A stretch of DNA of 63,890 nucleotides, filler included, from Salisapilia sapeloensis CBS 127946 (lineage: Eukaryota > Protista > Oomycota), in assembly GCA_023334545.1 (NCBI GenBank). It is 9 parts of 9 records of this genome, joined end to end, with 100 filler letters (N's around TTAATTAATTAA, not from the genome) between each part and the next. Parts side by side here need not be neighbours in the genome. Positions count along the whole stretch, not along the records: positions 1 to 28,582 come from JAADVB010000230.1; 8 more parts are not named here. One strand, written 5' to 3'. The translations under genes and the position numbers were made by a program. The notes below the pieces were generated by a model. That model searched no databases and was not told the DNA's origin. It saw nothing but the letters and a program-made list of their open reading frames with translations. Of the stretch, positions 10,501-22,500 are shown one piece after another (positions within the stretch are counted from its first letter, which is position 1; every line of letters begins with the position of its first letter).

Positions 10501-13500
10501 TTTCTACTGTCCTGAACCTACAATGGAGCCTATTGCTTGTCCCTTGGGCCACTACTCCACTGCATCCAGCACAGCATGCCTACCCTGTCCACCTGGCTAT
10601 GACTGCTCTTCTCCGTCTTCCGAACCTACCAAGTGTCCACTGGGAACGTACAGCCTCTCAAGTGGTTCTACATGCCTAGACTGTCCACCCGGAGCTTATT
10701 GTAGCGACCCGACGCTAACTCCCATTCCGTGTCAACCGGGAACCTTTAGTATCGGTGGGCAGCAGCATTGTACTCCTTGTGAAAGCGGCCACTCTTGTCC
10801 TCATCCGGATCAAAATGTTCAAATAGCATGTACTGACGGAACCTATGCAGAGGCTGGAGCTAGTTCCTGTGTCGTCTGTCCAGCCGGGAAGCAATGCCCA
10901 GACACGACGCAAAAGATCCGGCAGGAATGTACACCAGGCTTTTATGCTTTGGGAGGACAGTCGCAATGTACATCATGTCCGATCGGAATGGCATGTCCAG
11001 CTCTGGACGGCTCTGAAAACCACGAATGTGAGTTTGGTACATATTCACCCGGAGGGTCGACCAAGTGCATCAGCTGTCCAGCAGGTTTCGAATGTCCAAC
11101 GACTGCTATTGCTACACCCACGCCATGCCCCTTTGGACAATACAGTGTGGAAGGCTCTCCTACATGTACAAAGTGTCGACCTGGATATGCGTGTCCTGAT
11201 TCCGAAACAGATCATCAAGAGCTTTGTGCAGTCGGAACCTATTCGGACGAAGGAGCAGGCGTTTGCTCTCCATGCCCTGCTGGATACGAATGTCCACTTC
11301 CTACGGCAGATGCGCTCGAATTGTGTGATGCTGGATGGTATTCGCCTGCAGGTATTTCAACATGTCTATCATGTCCTCGAGGGTATTACTGCGAGATTGC
11401 AGGAGCGTCTCCTCAGAATTGTTCTGTAGGGTACTACAGTCTGGACGCCTCAACCTCTTGCATCGCTTGTGAACCAGGCTACGAGTGCCCTCGCACGGAT
11501 CAATTGCCACAGCCATGTCCAGTTGGATACTATAGCGAAGGCATGTCAATCACTTGCAAGCAGTGTAACCCGGGATACAAATGCGGACTCGCATCTGCAT
11601 CACCAACACCGCCGGAAGATGCTTGTCCGGAAGGTGGCTATTGCAATCCACCTACAACATTCTTCTTGTGTCCAGCAGGGACTTTTGGGAATACCACTGC
11701 GGGTGAAAGCGTCGAGCAGGCGTGTGCGCCATGCCCCGAAGGATTTTATTGTGAAATGGGCAGTACGCGTTCATCCATGATGCCTTGTCCGGCAGGTTTC
11801 TTCTGTCCAGAGTCGACGAAACGGAGTACTCAATTCGCTTGTCCAGCCGGGACGTACAACCCGGATGCCAACGCAAAAAGCATTGCAGAGTGTACTATGT
11901 GTCCACAAGGATCATACTGCCCAACAGCCACTGGCACTCCAATTGTGTGCGTCCAGGGTCATTATTGTCCAGAAGGCACAAAAGATAGCAACGAGTACCC
12001 TTGTCCACAAGGCACATACAGCGGTCCGACGACTGGGCTATCGGATGCATCCCAGTGTCTCGATTGTACAGCAGGGTATTTTTGTCCACTAGGAAGTATC
12101 AATCCAACGTCTTGTCCGGCTGGCACGTATAACCCATCCACCGGCACAGCAGATTTGCACGAATGCCTTGATTGCCCTCCTGGCTGGTCCTGCCCACACG
12201 TAGCACAGATTAACTATGAAGACAGGTGCAGTGCAGGTCATTATTGTCCCGTAGGCACAGTACTATCGACTACAAACCCATGTCCTGCAGGCTCCTATAC
12301 TGATAGCATTGGTCTTATTCGAGCTGAGGATTGTACGACGTGTCCTGCACGAAAGGCGTGTCCGAAGGGCACAGGTGGAGACTTGAGTCCAATGGTCGAC
12401 TGCGCAGTGGGCCACTTTTGTCCAGAAGGAACAGAGTATGCGTCCCAGTTCGACTGTCCTCCGGGGTCGTATACATCCAGTATCTCTCTTGCTAGTCCAG
12501 ACGAATGCGACATTTGTCCGAAAGGAAAGTATTGTGTTGGCGGGCAGGACCACATCGATGGCGACTGCAGTCCTGGCCACTATTGTCCACTCGGGACTGC
12601 ATCTCCCACTGCATTTCCATGTCCTGCTGGAACATTTACACCGGATACGTGGCTATTCGAAGAGGCTCAATGTGAAGAATGTCCTCCAGGGTTTTACTGT
12701 CCCCTCGCATCCGTCGAACCAATTCCATGCAAGGCAGGAAGCTACACGGGTGTTAGCAAGACAGAGGCTGCTGGTCCAGGAGTCGGCTTTCCAGAATGTA
12801 CTCTCTGTCCTGCGGGCTATTACTGCGAGAGTGGGTTCACAGTTCCTCTCGTCTGTGGAAAAGGATACTACTCTACTGCTGGATCAGAAGCATGTTTGCC
12901 ATGTACTGCAGGCCACTTTTGTGCCTCAACTACAACGTCCAAAGCCAACATGTTGACTATTGTCGATAGCTGGAACGAACCTGGTGCTCTATATGGTACG
13001 TGTTACAGAGGTGCGTACTGTCCTGAAGGCACAGATCATGAGCCGACGCTGGAACAAGACGCATGTCCGAGAACGTTCTACTGTCCAGCAGCGACAGTCG
13101 AACCGGTTGTCTGTCCTGCTGGAACGTATAGCAACCTGACGGGACAAGACGCCCTCGATGACTGCAGCATTACCCCTCCTGGGTACTTTTCATTGGAAGG
13201 TGTCTTGGAGCCGACTGGGTCGTGTCAACCAGGATTCTACTGCCCTCCTGCTTCCACTGGCAGTATGCAAATTCCCTGTCCTCCTGGATATTATCTAAAT
13301 AGAACAAACGGGGGTAGCGAAGAAGACTGCGCTGTATGTGTGGCTGGTGGCTATTGTCCACAAGCGTCCTGGATGCCCCTCGACTGTCCGACGGGGTACT
13401 ATTGCCGTACGGGAGTCTCTGTACCGGAGCCATGTCCTATTGGAACGTATTCGAATATGTCTAGACTGAAACAAGTAGAAGATTGTTTGGCCTGTCCTCC

Positions 13501-16500
13501 GGGCATGTACTGCGATTCAACTGGGCTCACCCACCCGAGAGGATTGTGTGATGCTGGCCATTACTGCACTTTAGGAGCGTACACTTCTGCTCCGATGAAC
13601 TTCGAAACCACCTTGTTCGGTGTCAGTACTCGACACGTCGGAGCTCCGTGTCCACCAGGCACATATTGTCCGCTCGGATCTGCCTTGCCTTCTCTCTGCC
13701 CTCCGGGTACGTTTAGCACCTCCATCGGTCTATCAAGTGAGGTGCAATGCACCGTGTGCACACCAGGCAAGTACTGCGAAACACCTGGCTTGACTGCTCC
13801 CACCGATGATTGCCTGCCAGGTTACTTTTGCACCGGCGGAGCGAACGTACCGACGCAAGTTGATACACCAGCAGGGTATTTCACAGAATCTGGCGCTGCT
13901 AGTGCAGTCGCTTGTCCGCCATCTCAGTACAATAACAATCCTAATCGAGGCTCTTGTCTTCCATGTCCTGCAGGCTACTTTTGTGACGCTCCTGCTACGA
14001 TTACACCTACGCTATGTCCAGTTGGCCACTTTTGTCCGAACGCGACCAGTTTGGCGGAAAAGTGTCCTCCCGGTACATTTTCTACATTGGAAGGACTGGC
14101 GAAAGAAGACCAGTGCGAGAGTTGTACGCCCGGATACTACTGTTCGGCGTACGGCCTATCTTCTCCCACAGGTCCATGTCTTGCTGGCTATGTGTGCAAA
14201 GGAGCTTCTACGGTAGCCAACCCAGATGCAGATCATGCACATGTCGGAGAGGTGTGTCCTCCAGGGTACTATTGTCCTGAGGCATCAGGAGAAGCGATCG
14301 CATGCCCGCTTGGGACGTATCGTGGTGGAATGAAAGGGATGAACATGACAGCATGTGCATCCTGTCCCGGTGGGAAATACTGCGGTCAAACGGGTTTGGC
14401 TGCCCCTAGTGGAGACTGTAAGGCAGGGTACTATTGCGTCGAGTCAGCGCCTACTTCTACGCCGACCGACGGGAGTACTGGTGATATATGCCCAGAAGGA
14501 TACTACTGTCCCTTGGGGTCGGCTGCGCCCATTAAATGCAGTGCGAGTACGTACGCAGACTCTGTTGGTTTTGAGACATGTCTGGAATGTCCAGAAGGAT
14601 TCTTTTGCGACGGAAAGGATACTACTTTGTACCAAGATTGTCCGGTCGGTTACTATTGTCCACCTGCTACAGGTGCATTCCCGGTTGCTTGCCCCGTGGG
14701 AACTCTGAATAGTCTTACGAAAAGTATTAACGAAACTGCATGTGCTCTTTGTCCTCTAGGAAGCTACTGCGATACGGAAGGCATCTTTAAGCCATCTGGG
14801 AACTGTAAAAGGGGCTTCTACTGCGAATATGGCTCCATCAACGAATACGGATGGAGGTCGGAGAATGATACGCACATATGCCCACCTGGTCATTACTGTC
14901 CTGAATCAACCTACATCCCGTTGCCCTGTCCGCTCGGGACTTACTCCAACATGACGCAGCTCACGAGTGCGCTCGAATGTATACGATGCGACCAAGGCAC
15001 GTATTGCGGTTCATCGGGCTTGATAGCACCAAGCGGGTTTTGCACAGCTGGCTACTTTTGCAAGCACATGAGCGCAGAATCTACACCGACCAACGGAGTC
15101 TATATTGCTTATGATACTATAAACGGCTCGTCACAAGAAGTGTTGATCGGCGGAGACGTATGTACGAAAGGACACTACTGCCCTGAAGGCAGCTTTGAGC
15201 CAATTCCCTGTCCTGAAGGAAGCTACGCAAATGTTACAAATTTGGAAGAGTGTTATCAATGCCCACCTGGGTATTATTGTCCGTTGGGATCTATTGACTA
15301 CATAGACTATCCTTGTCCTATCGGATACTACTGTTTGGAAGGCACGAAGCGTGCGATTGAGTATCCTTGTCCTCCTGGAACTTATAGCAACACCACAGAG
15401 CTTCGTAGCGAAGAGGAGTGCACGCCAGCTCCTGGCGGTATGTATGCCGACTCGTATGCTGCAATCGAGCCAGCGGGGTATTGCGAAAGTGGATTTTACT
15501 GCACGAGCGGCAGTCAATCGGCCACACCTGTGAACGCTACATTGACAGGAGGCCCTTGTCTTCCTGGTACAAACTGTCCAAGTGGCTCGGCTGTTCCGAT
15601 CGTGTGTGACGCTGGCTTCTATTGCTCGTCTTCAAATACAGAGCAGGCTTCTCCTTGCATGCCAGGTTTCTACTGCGCCCAAGGCTCCTACACTGCATCG
15701 CCGACTGGTCAAATCAATAGCCTCGGCATCATCGGTGATGTCTGTCCGCCTGGCCATTACTGTCTCGAAGCCACCAGTAATCCAATCCCATGTGCGCCTG
15801 GCACATTCTCCACGTCAAGTCAAAACGATAATATTGAGGATTGCTTGCCTTGTCCTCCAGGCATGTTGTGCTCAACTTCGGGAATAGCAGAGCCAGAAGA
15901 GCTCTGTACGGAAGGCTATATCTGTAGAGGTGGAGAAGCGACAGCGACCGAGCTATGTCCTTTAGGTGCATCGTGTCCTCCGGGGTCTAGTTCACCAGAG
16001 TTTTGCTCTGCTGGAAGCTACAGTGATGAGAAGGGTCTAGCTGAATGTAAACCCTGTCCAGCTAGATATTTCTGCGACATGGGGTCTATCCAGCCTGAAG
16101 ACTGCAAACGAGGATATTACTGTCCGGTCGGTACGTCATCCATGACAATGAAGAGTTGTCCTGCTGGAACGTATGGTCACCAGGAGCTTTTGGCAGATGC
16201 GACGGAATGTGCAGTGTGTCCTCGAGGCGAATTCTGTGATGGGAACTTCCCTACGAATCAAACATCCGGAGCCTGTGCGCCATCGCACTATTGCTTATCT
16301 GGATCGAACACTTCAACACCTCTTGACGACGCTATGGGTGGCTTGTGTAGTGAAGGATACATGTGTACCGGTGGCGCCTTTACTCCTGAACCGAAAGACA
16401 ACGTCACTGGCAGAGTCTGTGATACAGGACATTTCTGTTCTGTCGGATCAAGTAGTCAAGTGCCGTGCCCGAAAGGCACATTTAATAGCATTCCTGGACA

Positions 16501-19500
16501 ACCTTCGTGCGAAGCATGTCCAGTGGGAATGTATTGTGGACTCGGGTCGGTTGTTCCGGAGTTGTGTCCCATTCGATACTATTGTCCAGCAGGAGTCACA
16601 GATCCGATATTGTGTCCTAGTGGAACGTTCGGGCAGTCGGAGGGACTGAGCGATGCGAGCGAGTGTGCTGAATGCATTGGCGGACAATACTGTCGATCGG
16701 GACTAGTGACTGCTCCTTGTGCTGCAGGCTACTACTGTCGTGCGTCAAATGAAGATCCAGTACCGGTGAACCTATCAACCGTGGATCGTGACTTAGGCGG
16801 ACCGTGTCCTATCGGTCATTACTGTCCGGAAGGTGCGGACGGGCCTATTGCATGTCCTAGCTCGACTGCAAATTTAGACATACTTGGCGAAAGCTTAGAA
16901 GATTGTAGACCGTGCCCTGCTGGTTTTAGCTGCGACGAAGGAGCAAACACAGTGCCTTGTCCGCCAGGTAACTATTGCCCATACGCAGTCAGTGTGCAGT
17001 CATGTCCTCAGGCGACGTATAATGCAAAGGAAGGCATGGTGAAAGTAGAAGACTGTGAACCGTGTGAAGCTGGCAAATGGTGCAACAGCACAGCCATCGT
17101 GGACCCTCAGAACTTGCTATGTCCGCGCGGTCATTATTGCCAGCGTGGCGCAATTGATATAACTCCATGTCCAAGCGGCTACTTTGGACCGGTGGCAGGT
17201 CTTAGATCCAAAGAAGAGTGCTCTGTGTGCACACCTGGCAGCTACTGTCAAGTTGGAACAATTGAACCTGTCGTGTGTCCTTCTAAGACATACTGTCCTG
17301 TTGGTTCTGGTGAGCCGACAATGTGCCCTGGTGGAGGGTATTGTCCATCGAACTCATCGACACCCGTGATATGCCCAGCAGGATATTACTGTAAGCAAGA
17401 GACGGATCTCCCTCTTGTCTGTCCTCACGGCCACTTCTGCCCAGCAGGTTCGGAGGCACCGATGCCTTGTCCCCTAGGCTACATTGGGCGTGTGTCACCT
17501 TTAGCAGGCATAGCTACGTCCATCGACGATACCTGCAAGTCTTGTCCACCTGGTACGTATGGAGACGATCCGTATGGTATGACTTGTAGCACTTGCCTCG
17601 AAGGATACGTGTGTTTGGGGGCAACAACGACACCATATCCTACCAACGTATCAAGGCACAGAGGGTATGCATGTCCCCAAGGACAGTACTGCCCGGCTGG
17701 AAGCTCTGATGGGATCGAGTGTCCAAAGGGAACGTACCAGCCAGAGACGAAGGCCGTTAACTCTTCTGCGTGTCTGCCTTGCAAGGAGAATAGCTATCAG
17801 CATCTGAGAGGCCAAGGAAGCTGTTTTCCTTGCTCCACGAGTGCTCTGTCTCAAGTAGGTGCGGAGCGCTGTACTTGTGTCGGTGCCCATCGCGCATTCC
17901 AGATGACGGACGGGTTTTGTATTTGTGAGCCTGGGTTTGAATTTTATGACGAAAACTTGATTCGTCGCAGTGATGAGGATGGATCAGTAGATTGTCAGCC
18001 GATCGTGTACGACCGTTGTCAGAGCGGCCAAGTTCGACTGGAGAACGGAGCTTGTGTTTCGGCAAGTACTCAATCGTGCGATGATGCCTGTGGAGATGGA
18101 CTTGGCGAATTCATTCCGTCACTGGGGCTCTGCCAGTGTAGTGACCAGATGGACGTTAACGACATTTGCGACGTTAGCTGCCGCAAGTCAGCTCCAAAGG
18201 TCGTGCTCGACGGTGAGACCGGAAGACTTCAAGTACGTGATCCGGTGACTGGAAGGGTGTCGGAAGTACAGGAATCGGCTGGAATCGTGAGCAATGTCTT
18301 TTGTCCGTCGAACGACTTATGCGAGTTTCAGAGCTTGAACTTGCTACCGGACGGTTTCGCTGGGTCCTTTGACATACCACCGTCTATCTCAGTATCTTCC
18401 GAAGCAAACACGTCGGCAGATGTTTACGATCAAAGACGGCTGTTGACGGCGGAAGAAGACGCAAAGGATGGTATCGTACGGAACCCCATGCTCTGTCTAC
18501 GTGCCAACGATGGCATTGTGTTCGATCTGTCTACAACAGGCTCCTATCCAGTGTACATCAAAGACTCGATGCTCAATACGAATCCAACGTTCGACTACGG
18601 AGCGTTCAGATCTCTTGCAGACAGGATTAAAACGGGCGCGAACAACACTGGTAACTCGGTCCCGATTTCGACCTTTGTCTTTTCATTTAATGAGCCAGGA
18701 ACATACGTGTTTGGTAACTCTGTCAATGCAGATGCCAAGACGGTCGTGGTCGTCATGCGAGAGAATACAAAGTGCCCACTCGAAGCGTCTATTGTGCCCA
18801 TGAGTGAAAAGAACTTGATTGCAGTGAGTGCGAAGCGACGAGTAGAGGACATTATCCTGGCACCAGACTGGAACTTGATCGGAGGACTCCTCGGAGGCGT
18901 CTTCGCCATGATTGCGTCTATAATCGGAGGACTGTTTGTATTCCGTACAAAGTCATGGGTCGATGCAACACATCCGTCCAACAATGTAAAAGGTTATAGA
19001 GAAAGGTGCAGAGAATCAAAGGACTTGTTAGATCTGCATTCCAAGGGAACTACGAGCGTGAAGAAAGGCACAAAGCTTTCGGCTGTGGCAGCCATTGAAA
19101 GTACAGGGACTCAACCAGGTGAAGACAATGCTGGAGATATGTTGCCAGTAGCAAAAGTAGGTGTTGGGCGCAGGAGAGAAAATCAAACTGCTTTTGGGTA
19201 TGAGGACGATTGGGAGAACGAAGTGGACGATCTCGGCATGCTCGTTCAAAAGCTCCAGCATCATCATGAAAATGTTGCCAAAGTACTAGAGGAGACGCAG
19301 ATAGACACAAGTCAGAACGTCCATCGGCTGGAAGCCGAGACGAGGGAGATGAAGCGTCTGCTAGTGAAAGCCTTTGTGTCTGATGCAGACAAGACGGAGA
19401 ATGGGCACAAGGGCGGGTGTACTGGCAAAGTACTCGAATTGGTGGAGAAAGAGATACAGGAGAGTCAGCGGGCGAGAGGGGATATACAGCAAGGTCTGGC

Positions 19501-22500
19501 AGACGCTCGGTCGTACCTGGACGAAGTGGATAAGTGGGACACCAAGACAGTCGCAGCAGATCTATTGCAAGACATCATGAAGGACGAGAGTACAAACGAT
19601 GCGAGTGATAAGAGTGAAGTGCTTGAAACACTCGGACGTTTAAAACTGTTGCTAAATGCAGACCCAGCGTCTTCTACTTCGTCCTCCTTGTTTAACATGT
19701 GCGAGAGTTCGAACGCCAAGAAAGAGCTCAGCAATCTACTTTTAGAGTCGTCTCTTGATTCAGATATGTCGCAAGAAGTGCAAGACGTCTTGGCGATGCG
19801 GAAGGACGTTTTGAAGGGACAAAACCTCGATATGCAAGACAAGAGAGAGACGTTGGAAGTTCTACGGAGGTACGGCGACGCTGCTCAAAAGAGTACCCAA
19901 TGGCTTCAAGAACGAGAGGAGAAGATGGCGGAGGAGTATCTGAAGCTCAAGGAAGAACAAAACCCTGCCAAGCTGAGTAACTGGAAACGAGAAATGGAAG
20001 GTCAATTGGCTGCTTTTGTATTGGAGCTCAAAGGAGCGTCGAAGAAGGTGAAGAAGAAACTAAAGGACGGCAGTGGATCTCATTCGAGAAGAAAAGTGGA
20101 GTCCGCAGAGCAGAAGACACTTGACCTGGTGAAAGGAATGAAAAAGGAACGTCAGTTGGAGTATTCGAGTGATCCGGTCGTACCGTACACAGAGGAAAAG
20201 GGAGACGTCACGCCGGATATTTTATTAGAAATGAAGGAGATGTTGGCACAGCTCATGACCCAAGTGCAGCTGCAAAGCCAGTCTGTAAATAGCATGTCGT
20301 CCATCTTTCCGGCTGATGTCTCGTGGATGGTAAAGGGACGAGAGGCGGGAAAGCAGCATCTGATGGAAGGGTATGGGAGTATGCTGAGTGAAAATGACGA
20401 TTTGACGGATGAAAAGAAGGAGGAGCTGATGAATGCCTTTGAGTTTGGGCTGGAGGATGTGGAAGATCAATTGGACATCGAGACACTGCGAAGGGAACAG
20501 ACGCTAAAGAACTTGGACGTGACGGCAGATGCTAAGCGAGACCAAATGGAAGAGGTGGTCGTGTCTAGATTCCAGGAAGAAGAAGACAAGATGGAGGAAG
20601 CTTATCAGAAGCAGCTGGATGCGTTGGAAGAGGAGTTCCGAGCGTTCGATGATGAAGATGTGAATGGAGATGAGCTTTTACCACCGACGCTTCCAATTGT
20701 GGCGGATATACCTTTGCCTAGTATCGACAGTGAGAAAGCAGCAGAAGAGGTGGTGGACTACTATGATGAGATGCATAATAAACGGATGGCAGACCTCGAC
20801 AAGGAGCAGAAGAGGAAGAGGTCTCGTCTGCGTGAACGACTGGAAAAGAAGAAAATGCCGAAAGATTCCGTTGAGACTGCTTTGCAGGAGCTGGAAGAGA
20901 AGTTGGTGCAAGAGAAAGCGGCTTTGATCCAGGAGCTGGAACAAAAGGAAGACACTGCCAATACATTGGCAGAGCAGGAGGCGGAATCTGCGGAAAGTGA
21001 GCTAGAGACAGCCTTTGAAAAGTGCAAGCAGCAACACGAGATCGCGTCGGCCAAGTTGAAAGCGGGTTTGGCGCTGGACAGACAGCGTAAGTTCGATAAG
21101 CTCCAAGCGAGGCTGGACAGTCGGAAGAAAAAGGGTGAACTTTTAGAGGAAGAGGCAGAAAAAGAGTATACGGCAGTGGCGAATGAGATTGCTAGTGAAG
21201 AAGCTCAGGCTATCGTCGGTTTAGACAATGCGTTAAGGTCAGACATGCTTGACTCTGTCCAAAGCTTCAAGATCACCGCTGAGAAAAAGGCCAAGGAGAT
21301 GGAAGTGAAGGAGCAGGATCTTCAAAACCGACTGGAGGCTATACGTGCTGAGCACGAGAAAGCACGAGAGGAGCTGGAGAAGAATGTATCGGCGGAAAAG
21401 AAGCAGCGACTGGAAAAACTACGTGAACGGATGGAAGAGAAGCGGGGGAGGCTAAAGAATTCGAAAGATGCTGGTGAGATTGCACAAGAAAAGTATATAG
21501 AGCTTGTGCAAGAGCTCGACGTGGAGGAAGATGCCGAGTATGAGGAAGTGTACGATGAGCTTTCGCATATGGAGGTTAAAGGCTTAGAATCGATTGAAGA
21601 AAAGCTGCGAGAAACAGAGACCGAGTTGGAGGAAGTGGTGGTTGAAAGGAAAAAGGTGGCTGCGAGACAAAAAGTATTGGTGGAGTACGACACAGAGTAT
21701 GTGTTTAAAGAGTACGTGGAAGGCATAGAGGCGAGTCAAGACGAGGCTGAGGTTCAGATGAGAGAAGGAAAGAAGAAGCTCATGGAGAGACTAGCTAGGA
21801 AGAGTGGCATCAAAGTGGATGGTAACGATCCGGATGGATTCATGCAGACGGAGATGAAACGAGTGTGTGAAGCGCACATTGAGAGCTGGATGAGTCGAAA
21901 CGCAGAGCTAGACGAGGAAGAGCAGATGAGACGACGGAAGCTCAGGGACCGAATGCGTAATCGTCGAAAGGAGACCCGAGCCAAGAGCTCCAATGAAACT
22001 GATGTGGAAGCTGAGATTGCCCAGATCGACGAGGAAGAGAAGCAAGAGGTACTGATGATTGTAGAGGAAGTTGGTAAAGAGCGGGTTGAGTTGGAAGTAG
22101 AGCTAGAGAATAACATGACAACCGCCGTCCAGGGCATGGCGCAGCTGTTGAAGAATGACGAGATGAACATCGAAGGAAAGCTCAGAGCGTGTCGAGAGGA
22201 CTTTGAGGCGAAAAAGCGTGCTCTTCAAGAAGACACGAACGGATTGGATGCTCTTCGCAATGAAAAGCTCCAAGAGCGTCTGAGACAACGGCGGGAGAAA
22301 GGAGCTTCTTCCAACACTGTAGAAGACGCGATTGATGAAATCGAACAAGAGCAAGTGGAAGCTGTGGAAAGTCTGTTTGAGCCCATGATTGAGCAGGCAG
22401 CGGAGCGTATTTCTGCAGCAGAGGAATTAGTTCGCAACTCCGAGATAGAGCTGGAGAAACTCCGAAAAGAAAATGCGGATGGGATGAGAGACCTGGAAGC

